NCBI GenBank assembly: GCA_964652295.1
Contig: CAZZCL010000005.1
Span: forward strand, 1-48,493
Source: an uncultured Chthoniobacterales bacterium
GTDB taxonomy: Bacteria; Verrucomicrobiota; Verrucomicrobiia; Chthoniobacterales; CALDSX01
Direction: 5' to 3'
DNA length: 48,493 nt
Positions within the stretch are counted from its first letter, which is position 1. Every line of letters starts with the position of its first letter. The notes under the pieces were generated by a model. That model was not told where the DNA came from. It did not search any database and saw nothing but the letters and a program-made list of their open reading frames with translations. Positions 1 through 8,238 of this stretch are shown in pieces. A program made the translations under genes and the position numbers.

Positions 1-37
1 GCCCAAAGCCGGGCTCCCACTCTCAAATCATAACCAT

Positions 38-205
38 TCAAGACGGCGAGGAGCCGATTTTTGCTTTGGCGTAGGGGCCGATTTCCAGCCCCCGCATCAT
101 AAAGTCCATGAGCGCCTGCCACGAGGGACAGCAGATGTAGCGAGTCAAAGTGCGCAGATCGTCAAAGAAGGTTTGGCGCGTGGGCAACTTCACCCGGATG
201 AGCTT
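38..205 (-). pseudogene. C-terminal remnant of an IS transposase (ISNCY-like)
   Basis: Translation KLIRVKLPTRQTFFDDLRTLTRYICCPSWQALMDFMMRGLE resembles the C-terminus of ISNCY-type DDE transposases as I recall it. The N-terminal part is absent. Confidence 0.55.
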
Positions 206-307
206 TATGGTAAGTTCTGGATTTCGGGTCTTCGAACTGCGGGATTTAGGATCAAAGCCCCCCAAAAACGAAAAAACCGCCTCAAAAATGGGCGGCTACA
301 TTCGGGG

Positions 308-320
308 CAAGTTATTGATT
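308..320 (-). promoter_or_regulatory. IHF-binding-site consensus next to the att site
   Basis: Reverse complement AATCAATAACTTG matches WATCAANNNNTTR exactly and lies 6 bp from the tRNA-fragment CCA end. Confidence 0.5.
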
Positions 321-326
321 ATGAAA

Positions 327-377
327 TGGTTGCGGGGGCGGGATTTGAACCCGCGGCCTTCAGGTTATGAGCCTGAC
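327..377 (-). mobile_element. att site: 3' 51 nt of initiator tRNA-Met(CAT), truncated duplicate
   Basis: Minus strand reads GTCAGGCTCATAACCTGAAGGCCGCGGGTTCAAATCCCGCCCCCGCAACCA: anticodon arm with CAT (367-369), T-arm, acceptor 3' strand and CCA. The D-arm and 5' acceptor strand are missing (sequence diverges at 378). Confidence 0.85.
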
Positions 378-455
378 TAAATGGCTTATATTCAGTATGT
401 TATGATTGATAATGGCTGTGGATTCGAAAAAGTCAAGCTTTGCTAAGGGCTCGTT

Positions 456-500
456 TATTCACGGTCTCTATTCACGGCAAAATTCCCGTTGATGGGAATT
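456..500. repeat. TATTCACGG direct repeats plus AATTCCC/GGGAATT inverted repeat; candidate integrase arm-type sites
   Basis: TATTCACGG at 456-464 and 469-477; AATTCCC-gttgat-GGGAATT at 481-500; all ~80-120 bp inside the att site. Confidence 0.4.
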
Positions 501-629
501 TCTTCTGAAGGCAGGCGGACAGTTGTGTTGCGGGACTTCACGCCGGGTGGCCAGTTCCTCCCAGGGGAGTACAAGGCGGGAGGAATCCATAAGATCGGAT
601 CATGTGTCGCTTGGGGAGACTACCTGAAC

Positions 630-1655
630 ATGAGCACAGACAAAAACGATTCCCGAACCCGATCCTTGGCAGAGTATCCACTTCGTGAGCTTTTGCCCAC
701 AATTCCGCGCGGAGCACTTTCCACAGAGCATCTTCACATTCTGGCCACTCGCCTCAAGGAGGCAAAGAATGCGGCCGGGCATGGGCCCGAGTTGGGGGCC
801 GAGGAGGCCAGGTTTTTTGCTGAAAACTGCGACGTTCTCCGGAAGGTTGGGATGGGGCTGGCATTGCGGAATTATGTGCTCTTGGAGATCTATGAAGCCC
901 GCCAGTGGCGCGCGCACTTCCAATCAGTGGAAAAATTTGCTGAAGCTGTCGCGGGTATTTCCAAAAGCCAGCTGATGAAATGCATCGATTCCGCCAGGAT
1001 CGCGATGGATTTCCATGAAGCAGGAATGGGAGCAGTGGCCCCACACGGTCGGCAGGTCGAATTGCTTGCCATGGTGTCAGCAGAGCACCGAATTGCAGCA
1101 TGGAGTCATGCCCTGCAGGTCTTTGCACTGGATGGCGAAAGCACCGAGACTGCCAGATTGGCTCTGCGCGATTATTGCAGGGATCGAAATGTGCGATTCG
1201 GCCGACGGAAATCCAGCAAATCAAAAAACATTGGAATTCCCTCCTCGTTTCTTCTGCCAGCCTCTTCCCCGGACTATTCTGAAACTGTAGAGAAGCCTAG
1301 TGATGTGGGTGTCGGGCAGGCACCACTTTCCGACCTTGCCGAACGGTTCATTATTTCCTTGGCTGATGCCGCTGTCGTTGCTGAAGCCAGAACAACGCTC
1401 CGAAGAAAATCTGTCGCCACCGTGCTTTGTGAAATCGTGGAACAGGTGAGTGCCGAATCCGGCAAGGATGAGGAGGTCCAAAGGATCATAGCAGGATTGG
1501 ATTCTCTCGAGACCACACATCCCGAGCTCGTGGAGGGCCTTCGCATGGCATCTTTGCGGGGGCTTCCAACCCTGATCTCTGAGCGCCTGCTCAGGAGAGT
1601 TCGCGAGAATCAGAAGAGCCAAAAGAAGTCGCGCAAAGCCGCCACAAAAGAGTAG
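630..1655 (+). CDS. Hypothetical phage/island-type DNA-binding protein (DUF3102-like N-terminal region)
   Basis: Long ORF, ATG at 630 with GGGGAG upstream. LLEIYEARQWRAHFQSVEKFAEAVAGISKSQLMKCIDSA...HGRQVELL...AWSHA resembles phage proteins with an L.EI...RLYR....FE.Y.....S......IDAA pattern. Confidence 0.55.
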   Translation: MSTDKNDSRTRSLAEYPLRELLPTIPRGALSTEHLHILATRLKEAKNAAGHGPELGAEEARFFAENCDVLRKVGMGLALRNYVLLEIYEARQWRAHFQSVEKFAEAVAGISKSQLMKCIDSARIAMDFHEAGMGAVAPHGRQVELLAMVSAEHRIAAWSHALQVFALDGESTETARLALRDYCRDRNVRFGRRKSSKSKNIGIPSSFLLPASSPDYSETVEKPSDVGVGQAPLSDLAERFIISLADAAVVAEARTTLRRKSVATVLCEIVEQVSAESGKDEEVQRIIAGLDSLETTHPELVEGLRMASLRGLPTLISERLLRRVRENQKSQKKSRKAATKE

Positions 1656-1689
1656 CGGGATGCCACAGGTGAATTGGCAGCCTGCCCCC

Positions 1690-2355
1690 TTACATTTCCA
1701 TTTCCGCGTTCTTCGCAACTTGAGTGAGGACCGTTTTCGCTTTGCTGACGATCCGGCTCAGCCCGGATTCGCTCATACCGTATCCCTTCGCGACCTCCTC
1801 GCGGCTCCTCTCGCGAACCACCAGGTTGATGAGAATCGCCGCATCCCGAGAGGAGATCCGACGGGAACTTACCGCTAGGCGGACGAGCCTCTGGAATTGC
1901 TTGCGCCTCCGCGCATCGTTTTGATGGTCTCCGGACTCGATGAACACATCAGCCAGCTTGTTTGCATTGCGGGTGCGGATTTGATCACTTCGAATATGCC
2001 TCAGGAGGCAGTTCTTGATGGCTTCCCATGCCGAGCGCTTGATTTGCTCCTCGACATGGAAAGCGTTGCCGGAACGCACTGCGTCCCGCAATTCCTGATT
2101 GTTTTCCAAGTAGCCTTAAAAAAGAAGAAGAGCAGCAGACTGCCTCATGTCCTCTTCCTTATCGTTCAGGCATCCGGACTGACTCCCATTTGGGAGAAAC
2201 CGGTGAAGCAATTGATCGAGCTTGATACCGAATCGATCAAAATACTGTTGAGATTTGGGCTTGGCTTGATGCTCCATGTAGGAGTTGGCCAAGTTGCTTG
2301 TTGATACCCCCCGTGCGGATGCCGGGGCCGACGCTGATAGATGTAACTTTCTCAT
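1690..2355 (-). pseudogene. Sigma-70/ECF-like factor interrupted by an in-frame TAA (2116-2118)
   Basis: ORFs 2116..2355 and 1690..2109 are in the same frame, separated by TAA-GGC-TAC. Region-2-like EEDMRQ precedes the stop; region-4 HTH SREEVAKGYGMSESGLSRIVSKAK follows. Confidence 0.6.
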
Positions 2356-2484
2356 TACACCAGATCCCCCAGCTTGTGCGAACCGCCCTCGATGGCCGAA
2401 AGGCTATCGAAGGGCCCGCCTTCTTCCCCTCCTCCCAAAAATATTCGTCAATTTTCAGCCTTCGAGTGTGTGTTCCTTTATGAG

Positions 2485-2742
2485 ATGAAGACACACAACC
2501 TCGATACTATGATCCAGATGCTGGACGGACGGGCATTGGATGCCATTGACCGCCCGGAATCCCTCCTTGCCTCACTGGGCTCGATTCAGGTGGCCATGAC
2601 CTGTTTCGCGAGCGAGCTTTCCAAGCCGGAAGCCAGCCAGGATGCAGAAAAGCTTTTTGAAATCCTGCTTGTTATTTCGACCACGGCGATGCTGGCCGCT
2701 GCCGATCATGTTTTACCCAGCTTGGAGGAAAAGGGAGAATGA
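2485..2742 (+). CDS. Small helical hypothetical protein (85 aa), first gene of the island operon
   Basis: ATG at 2485; its stop overlaps the next start (ATGA 2739-2742), with AAGGGAG as RBS for the next gene. Confidence 0.6.
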   Translation: MKTHNLDTMIQMLDGRALDAIDRPESLLASLGSIQVAMTCFASELSKPEASQDAEKLFEILLVISTTAMLAAADHVLPSLEEKGE

Positions 2743-4088
2743 AAGCCCAGGTCTGGTCGAAACGGGAGATCGACAAGCTGTTCCGTCTACTCAGCGCCGG
2801 GCATGGCGCATCCGAAATCGCGGCACTACTGGAAAGAACCGAGGCGAGTGTCAGGTATAAAATCCTCAATCTCGGTTACAGCAGCCGCCGGGTCGAGGGT
2901 GCGGAGGCGTCAACAGAATTTTGCGGCGATTCAGATCCTTCATCCCTGGATGAGATACCTGTTCTTGTTGAGCAGCTCAGGGCGCATGCGGGAGAGCAAC
3001 TCAAAAAGGGTGAGGAACGGCGGGAAATCCGCAATTTGGGAAACGAATACAAGACCGACGTGCTGGAGGAGAGAATTCTCGACGAATTTCGCCAAAGGCT
3101 TCTGGACTTGCCACTGCGGATCGACGTGCCGCCTTTGCGGGAGGACATCGTCACCAAGCATGACATTCAAGACCTTGCTGTCGTGGTCATTTCAGACTCT
3201 CATATCGGGCAGGTTGTGGACATTCGCGAGACGGAATCCTCATCGGCCTACAACCCGGCCGTTTTTGTCGCCCGGTTGCACCATCTGGAAATCGAGTTGG
3301 CACGGATTTTCAACAGTCATCCCGTGAAAGAAATCGTGGTCCTTTTCGCAGGAGACATCGTGCACGGAAGGTTGGGGCACTCGCTGGAGGATGATCTGAC
3401 TTTGCCGATTGCCACCCAGATCGACTTGGCATTGCATCTCTTTGTGCAATTTCTGGCCCGGATCGCAACGTTGGCAAAACGGGTGACCGTTCACGGGGTG
3501 GCAGGAAATCATGGGCGCTGGCCGGGAACCAGAAAAATGCCAACCGACCGCCGTTGGAGCCAACTGGACACTCTCTTTTTCCAAGCGGCCCAAGCACTTT
3601 CCGGAGCCACCCTTCCCAATGTGGTCTTCGATGAGCGCTTTTCTGCGAGGCGGATGGTTGACGTCGAAGATTTCCGAATTCTTCTTCTGCATGGTGATCA
3701 GCTTCGGGGCGGACCGTGTGCAGCGAACGGCGTCCAGAAAGAGATGCAGCTTTGGCTGATGCGGTGTGTGCAGACCGGGCAGCGTCCTCCCGACCTCATT
3801 GTGATGGGTGATAAGCATATCTCCGCCAACTTGCCGGTTGGACTTGGCCAGGCTCTCATCAATGGATCCTTTGTCGGTGAGGACGTTTTCAGTCAGAACT
3901 TTGCCCCGTCACCTCCGAGCCAGACCGTCTTCTTTGTCCGTCCGGGGGTTGGGAAAACGGAAACCCATCTGATCCGGCTTGATAAAGCGAAGCTCCCGAC
4001 CCCGCTGCCATATCAACTCAAACCTTCTCTGGAATCCGTTGTGATGAATTTCCATCAGGCACATCAACCACCAAAAAACAGTCTATGA
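2739..4088 (+). CDS. N-terminal HTH (GcrA/Myb-like) fused to a calcineurin-like metallophosphoesterase
   Basis: N-terminus WSKREIDKLFRLLSAGHGASEIAALLERTEASVRYK. Phosphoesterase motifs ISDSHIG, AGDIVHG, AGNHGR, LHGD, and GDKH in place of the usual GHxH. Confidence 0.8.
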   Translation: MKAQVWSKREIDKLFRLLSAGHGASEIAALLERTEASVRYKILNLGYSSRRVEGAEASTEFCGDSDPSSLDEIPVLVEQLRAHAGEQLKKGEERREIRNLGNEYKTDVLEERILDEFRQRLLDLPLRIDVPPLREDIVTKHDIQDLAVVVISDSHIGQVVDIRETESSSAYNPAVFVARLHHLEIELARIFNSHPVKEIVVLFAGDIVHGRLGHSLEDDLTLPIATQIDLALHLFVQFLARIATLAKRVTVHGVAGNHGRWPGTRKMPTDRRWSQLDTLFFQAAQALSGATLPNVVFDERFSARRMVDVEDFRILLLHGDQLRGGPCAANGVQKEMQLWLMRCVQTGQRPPDLIVMGDKHISANLPVGLGQALINGSFVGEDVFSQNFAPSPPSQTVFFVRPGVGKTETHLIRLDKAKLPTPLPYQLKPSLESVVMNFHQAHQPPKNSL

Positions 4089-4537
4089 ACAACACGACCA
4101 TCATTGAGAGTATCTGGAATTTTCCACTCCCCGCACTTCGGGAGCTGGAGGGATCGATTGCCAGGATTCGACAGTTCAAGGAAGAGATCTTTGTTTCCAA
4201 GGCGGAAGATTTTCCGGGTTCAAATGGTGTCGGTCCATCTTCTCCGGAGGAAGAGGCGTTGCCGGCACCTTCCACGGGAAGAGCCGTGCCGGCCCCCCGG
4301 CAGCCACTGCGACCACCAAAAGCAGGAAGCCTGCGGCATACCGTCCACGAAATCTTGAGAGGCGCGAATCGGCCGATCCAGCGCCGCGACATCATCAACA
4401 CTGCCGCCCGCCTGCGCGGAGCATCCGTTGACATCAATTTCAAGGCCAAGGTTGGAGACATCCTTACCAACGCGATTGATCCAAACATCAGCCGGGTTGG
4501 TTACGGGAAATACCAATATCGCGAACCATTGGCTTGA
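4085..4537 (+). CDS. Hypothetical protein with C-terminal winged-helix-like domain
   Basis: ATGA overlap with the upstream gene; Pro-rich linker, then SLRHTVHEILRGANRPIQRRDII...ISRVGYGKYQY, a wHTH-like pattern. Confidence 0.6.
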   Translation: MNNTTIIESIWNFPLPALRELEGSIARIRQFKEEIFVSKAEDFPGSNGVGPSSPEEEALPAPSTGRAVPAPRQPLRPPKAGSLRHTVHEILRGANRPIQRRDIINTAARLRGASVDINFKAKVGDILTNAIDPNISRVGYGKYQYREPLA

Positions 4538-4544
4538 AAGGGAA

Positions 4545-4856
4545 ATGTTCGAAGTTGCCCAAGTGGTCAGAGGAGTTCCATTTCAAATCGGATATTGCAG
4601 GGGGTGGAAGATCCATGGAGATCTGCTCCTCATTCAAGACCCTTTCACTCACATGGTTCTTCACGTTCCTTATGGCATGCTGAGTTGTCGCGGACCATGG
4701 ACCGCCGGTCGCCGATTGACAATCAGTGACCACATGGTTGTCCCTTGCGATCCTTTGGTTTGGATGGATCTGGATGCTGCGGATCTGGTTTCGGCCATTG
4801 ATCTCTGCGCCTCGGTTTCCATCAATCTGCCACGCGATGGTTTCCGAAGAATATGA
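4545..4856 (+). CDS. Hypothetical protein (103 aa)
   Basis: ATG at 4545 after AAAGGGA; fills the gap between neighbours and overlaps the ATPase start (ATGA 4853-4856). Confidence 0.5.
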   Translation: MFEVAQVVRGVPFQIGYCRGWKIHGDLLLIQDPFTHMVLHVPYGMLSCRGPWTAGRRLTISDHMVVPCDPLVWMDLDAADLVSAIDLCASVSINLPRDGFRRI

Positions 4857-5734
4857 CAACGGTATTTCCACATCAGAAGGAAGTTTTTCACGAACTGAAA
4901 GCGACCGCAGCAGCCTTTTTCAGCGATGCTTGGCAGGAGCTGCAGGTGAAGCCCCGGTTCACCCGGCTTCTCGCGGGACCCTCGGGAAGCGGAAAGACAT
5001 TCCTGGCCAAAAATCTTGCGGAAAGCCTCGGGCTTCCGTTTTGGGAATGTGCCGCCACGACGTGGATTCCGCTCGGGTGTTCGCAGCGCGGAGCGCGGCC
5101 GACATGGCTGGATATTGCCGCGTTTATCCGGGCCAACGAGCGTTGTGTGATTTTTGCAGATGAGGTGGAGAAGCTCGGCTGCGACACCTCGGTATGGATG
5201 ACATCGATTCGTGTGGAAATTTTCGGGCTTTTGGATCGCGCACTCCCCCGCACCCTGCGACTCGAATGCGATATGGAGGATGGAGACTATGATCTGTCGG
5301 AAGATCTGAACCTTATTCAGAACCGCCTCGCAAAGTCGGCGTTTCTCATTGGCGGTGGGGCGTTTCAGCATTTGTGGGACAAGACGACCGGTGCCACGAT
5401 TGGGTTCTCCGGTGGAGAGCACGCGGTGCCCGACGTCGATCACAAAACCATCGCCAGCGTGATTCCAGTCGAAATCGCCAACCGGTTTGTCGCGCCCTTG
5501 TTGAGACTGAGCCCCCTCAATCGAAGCGACTACCTGTCCATGTTTGCACACGCGGAGGCCGTCATGCCAGTGGAGATTCGTGGCAAGGCAAGGAGGATTG
5601 CGCACACCACCTTGGACGCTGCGGTCCGACAGAGCCTCGGCTGCCGATGGATCGAACAGGTCATGTTGCGAACCGTGATGGAAGAGGCAGCACCCTCCGC
5701 GCTGTCCGGAGTCGAGCCGGAGGGTTCCACATGA
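4853..5734 (+). CDS. AAA+ family ATPase
   Basis: Walker A GPSGSGKT, Walker B VIFADEVEK, sensor-like LIGGGAF, and arginine-finger-like EIANRF. Confidence 0.85.
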   Translation: MTTVFPHQKEVFHELKATAAAFFSDAWQELQVKPRFTRLLAGPSGSGKTFLAKNLAESLGLPFWECAATTWIPLGCSQRGARPTWLDIAAFIRANERCVIFADEVEKLGCDTSVWMTSIRVEIFGLLDRALPRTLRLECDMEDGDYDLSEDLNLIQNRLAKSAFLIGGGAFQHLWDKTTGATIGFSGGEHAVPDVDHKTIASVIPVEIANRFVAPLLRLSPLNRSDYLSMFAHAEAVMPVEIRGKARRIAHTTLDAAVRQSLGCRWIEQVMLRTVMEEAAPSALSGVEPEGST

Positions 5735-5841
5735 GAACTCGGGGTTCACGAGAGATTCCATGGCGGGAGTTGTCCTTTTTGGGGAAAGCACGGCTTTGCT
5801 AACCTTGCGGGTGGGTGGCAATTCGGGTTGCATGAGTTTCG

Positions 5842-7134
5842 TTAAAGTGGCATTTCGAGGTCACCCGGCGGTTTACGGGCGGGCTTCTTTTTGGGTTTTG
5901 GTTGGGCCTTCATGGGAACCTCCTCCGAACGGGGATTATGGGTCTGCGCCGGTTTGGGAGCAGGAGTTTCCTCCACCTTGGGCTGTGGCGTTTTGGTAGA
6001 GGTTCCGGAGTTGGTGGTGAGCGGATGATCCGGCTGCGGACCGGGCACATCTTGTGCAGTTTGAGTTGTCGCAGGGAGTGTGATTTCTGTGGGCTTTGTC
6101 TTCGCCTTGAGAGGTGCCACGGAATGGAAATCCAGACCATTTTCGATGGCGAATTTCAGGTCACGCTTCGCTCCGGTTGAGAATATTCTGAGGGCGGGTT
6201 CCGTACGGTGAAGGTCGGCCATACGACTTTTCAGCAGGGTTTTTAAAACCCCGCTTGCACAGCCCTTGTCGATGCCTTGCTGGGCATACCGGCCGAAGAG
6301 ACGCCCGATCGTCCAATGGGCGCGGAATTCGAGTCCTTCGTGTATTATTCGCTCCAGTTCCGCCATCCTTTGCGCGACTGCCTTCGGGGCACTGAGATCG
6401 ATGACTTTGACGGTTGGCTGGCCAAAATCCGGGGCGTAGTAGATGCTTCCTTTGAGCCGCAATTGCTTGCCGCCGGGCGACTGGATGACAGGCTGAGCGA
6501 GGTCACCTCCATCGTGTTTTTGGCACCGCACCTGATAACCCGAGGACAAAAGGAATGCTGCCAGTTCCCGCCGGTTGCAGACCATGCCCTTCTCAACCGC
6601 TGCGTGAACTTTCTGCCATACTCTCAACAGGAACTCTTTGGCATCGTTGGCGATCCGCATGTGCTCCCAGGGGGGCTCAATGCGGCGGTTGTCGAGTGGG
6701 TTATCAAAACCGAACTTCAAGTTGATGAGTTCGGTTACAGCGCGGAAGCGATGACGGTCGCTTCGGTCAACGTAGGGGTCAACAATTTTATTGCAGAGGA
6801 GATCGATGCGCGGAGTGATGAAGTGAATTTCACTCTTGCCTTTGTCGCTGTGTGCGATCAGGCACGAGGACACCGCCTCTTCCGGTCTGCCGCCGCGCAG
6901 GTGATATTCCAAGTTGTCGGCAATAAAGTTTTCTTGGGCTGCGTCCAGTTTCTTTGCCTCGCTTACCACGCCGGCAGTATAGCGGTGCCGGACATATGCG
7001 GGGGTTGCGTCGATGACCGCTTGCGTGATGACGGGATCGCCACGCAGCACACGGGCCGTCGGATTCCGGGTGGCGTATTTCAGCCCTCCTGGTTCGGGTT
7101 TGTCTTTTGAGGTGTTGAAAATAGTGAAAACCAT
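5842..7134 (-). CDS. mobA: Relaxase, ColE1 MbeA-like (MOBP/HEN clade)
   Basis: VLRGDP..TQAVIDATP...RYTAGVVS, AHSDKGKSEIHFITPRIDL, PYVDRSDR and LRLKGSIY parallel ColE1 MbeA (VLQGNP..IDATPF..YTSGVLS, EHQDKGRLELNF, PYYDRADR, IRLKGAIY). Pro/Lys-rich tail. Confidence 0.8.
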   Translation of the reverse strand: MVFTIFNTSKDKPEPGGLKYATRNPTARVLRGDPVITQAVIDATPAYVRHRYTAGVVSEAKKLDAAQENFIADNLEYHLRGGRPEEAVSSCLIAHSDKGKSEIHFITPRIDLLCNKIVDPYVDRSDRHRFRAVTELINLKFGFDNPLDNRRIEPPWEHMRIANDAKEFLLRVWQKVHAAVEKGMVCNRRELAAFLLSSGYQVRCQKHDGGDLAQPVIQSPGGKQLRLKGSIYYAPDFGQPTVKVIDLSAPKAVAQRMAELERIIHEGLEFRAHWTIGRLFGRYAQQGIDKGCASGVLKTLLKSRMADLHRTEPALRIFSTGAKRDLKFAIENGLDFHSVAPLKAKTKPTEITLPATTQTAQDVPGPQPDHPLTTNSGTSTKTPQPKVEETPAPKPAQTHNPRSEEVPMKAQPKPKKKPARKPPGDLEMPL

Positions 7135-7484
7135 AAATGGGTAAGGTTGTTGAATTTCGTTTCTTCATCTTTGAGGATTTTGGCGGCATTGTCTCCGTAG
7201 GCATCGGCGACCAGGCGGCGTAGCTTCATGACTTCCATGCGGTGCGCGTGGAGCGCAGCGCCCACAGTCAAGATTTGCTGATTGTCCGGGGTTGTTGGGT
7301 TGGCGACGCGGAATCCGAGCCAGTGTTCTCTGGCTATGGCGGCTGCCAATCGCCCGAACTTCTTGCGCACGGTTGAGTGTTCGTCATCCGCCAATTTGAC
7401 TTCGATTTTTTTTGTGCGCTTCTTTGCTTTGATGGATCTCCGTTTGGGACGTTGACCCCGTTGATCGCCCGGAGTTGCACTCAT
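7080..7484 (-). CDS. mobC: MobC/MbeC-like relaxosome accessory protein (ribbon-helix-helix)
   Basis: KRTKKIEVKLADDEH...AREHWLG resembles the MbeC RHH pattern; directly upstream of and overlapping the relaxase. Confidence 0.65.
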   Translation of the reverse strand: MSATPGDQRGQRPKRRSIKAKKRTKKIEVKLADDEHSTVRKKFGRLAAAIAREHWLGFRVANPTTPDNQQILTVGAALHAHRMEVMKLRRLVADAYGDNAAKILKDEETKFNNLTHLWFSLFSTPQKTNPNQEG

Positions 7485-7711
7485 GATTGCTCCTCCTTGC
7501 TGGTGGCAGGGGATTTTTTCTGGCGGTTTCTTTTTGGCGGCTTGCTTGCTTGCAGCATTGCCTCAAGAAGCATTTGGCGCGTTATTGTTTGTGTGAGACG
7601 GGCTCGCAGGGCGTCCACGCAGCCTGATGCGATAACGGACTCGTTCAAGTTCACGCCGAGCTCGCGGTAAAGCGGGGCGACGTCTATTTCGATGATGGAT
7701 GAGGTTTTCAT
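7481..7711 (-). CDS. Small hypothetical protein upstream of mobC
   Basis: ATG at 7711; stop overlaps the mobC start (ATGA) with AAGGAGGAG as RBS. Confidence 0.5.
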   Translation of the reverse strand: MKTSSIIEIDVAPLYRELGVNLNESVIASGCVDALRARLTQTITRQMLLEAMLQASKPPKRNRQKKSPATSKEEQS

Positions 7712-7940
7712 GCACCAAGCACGGTGGACGCCGAATTTGTGAATTCCTCCCCACCCGTATTTGCTCAAAAACCAGATTCGCTGCCTTCGCTCTCATGAAA
7801 GTCTCACCGTGAGACTCTCCCTCTCCATGGCAGCCATCCGGGGCTGAGTGTCGACCGGAAAGAAAAAAGTCCAACCTCGAAACCCAGGTTGTGGAAGTCA
7901 TCGGAAGGGAAGCTGATTCCAGCGCCTTCCGGTAATCCTC

Positions 7941-8166
7941 TCACATTTGGTTCGAACGGGATTCGATCGCTAGGACACTTTCCTCGATAGTCCACGCCAA
8001 CCCGCACTCCCCGGCAAGTTGCGCATAGGGTTGTCGCCATGACTCGGGCGGATCGGGTAATGAGGTCGGCACCGCATGGGTGCTGCGCTGCTCGAAGGTC
8101 ATCTGTATTGCCTCCTTCAGCTTCGCACTTTCCAGAAGCCCCATTTTTACGAGCAGCGCCATGTCC
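7941..8166 (-). pseudogene. abiEii: AbiEii nucleotidyltransferase toxin, C-terminal fragment
   Basis: DMALLV...AIQMTFEQRSTHAVPTSLPDPPESWRQPYAQLAGECGL matches the typical AbiEii C-terminus; cut at 8167 by an IS end. Confidence 0.7.
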
Positions 8167-8238
8167 CAGGGCAATCGCATCAAAATTTAAGTAAGGACAG
8201 GAGGTAGTCGTGATTCCAGCCCGCACTTTTCTGTTTAA
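8167..8238 (-). mobile_element. Right end remnant of an ISAs1-family element
   Basis: Minus strand encodes KQKSAGWNHDYLLSLLKF*, the ISAs1 transposase C-terminal AGWxxxYLL pattern, followed by the terminal sequence ...GATGCGATTGCCCTG. Confidence 0.65.

Noticed and set aside
327-377. Functional tRNA-Met gene
   Set aside because: The D-arm and 5' acceptor strand are absent; it is a 3' duplicate (att site).
150-380. ORFs ending in WLRGRDLNPRPSGYEPD or MVAGAGFEPAAFRL
   Set aside because: Typical spurious translations of the antisense strand of a tRNA.
630-7711. Prophage
   Set aside because: No terminase, capsid, tail or lysis genes; the relaxase pair points to a mobilizable island instead.
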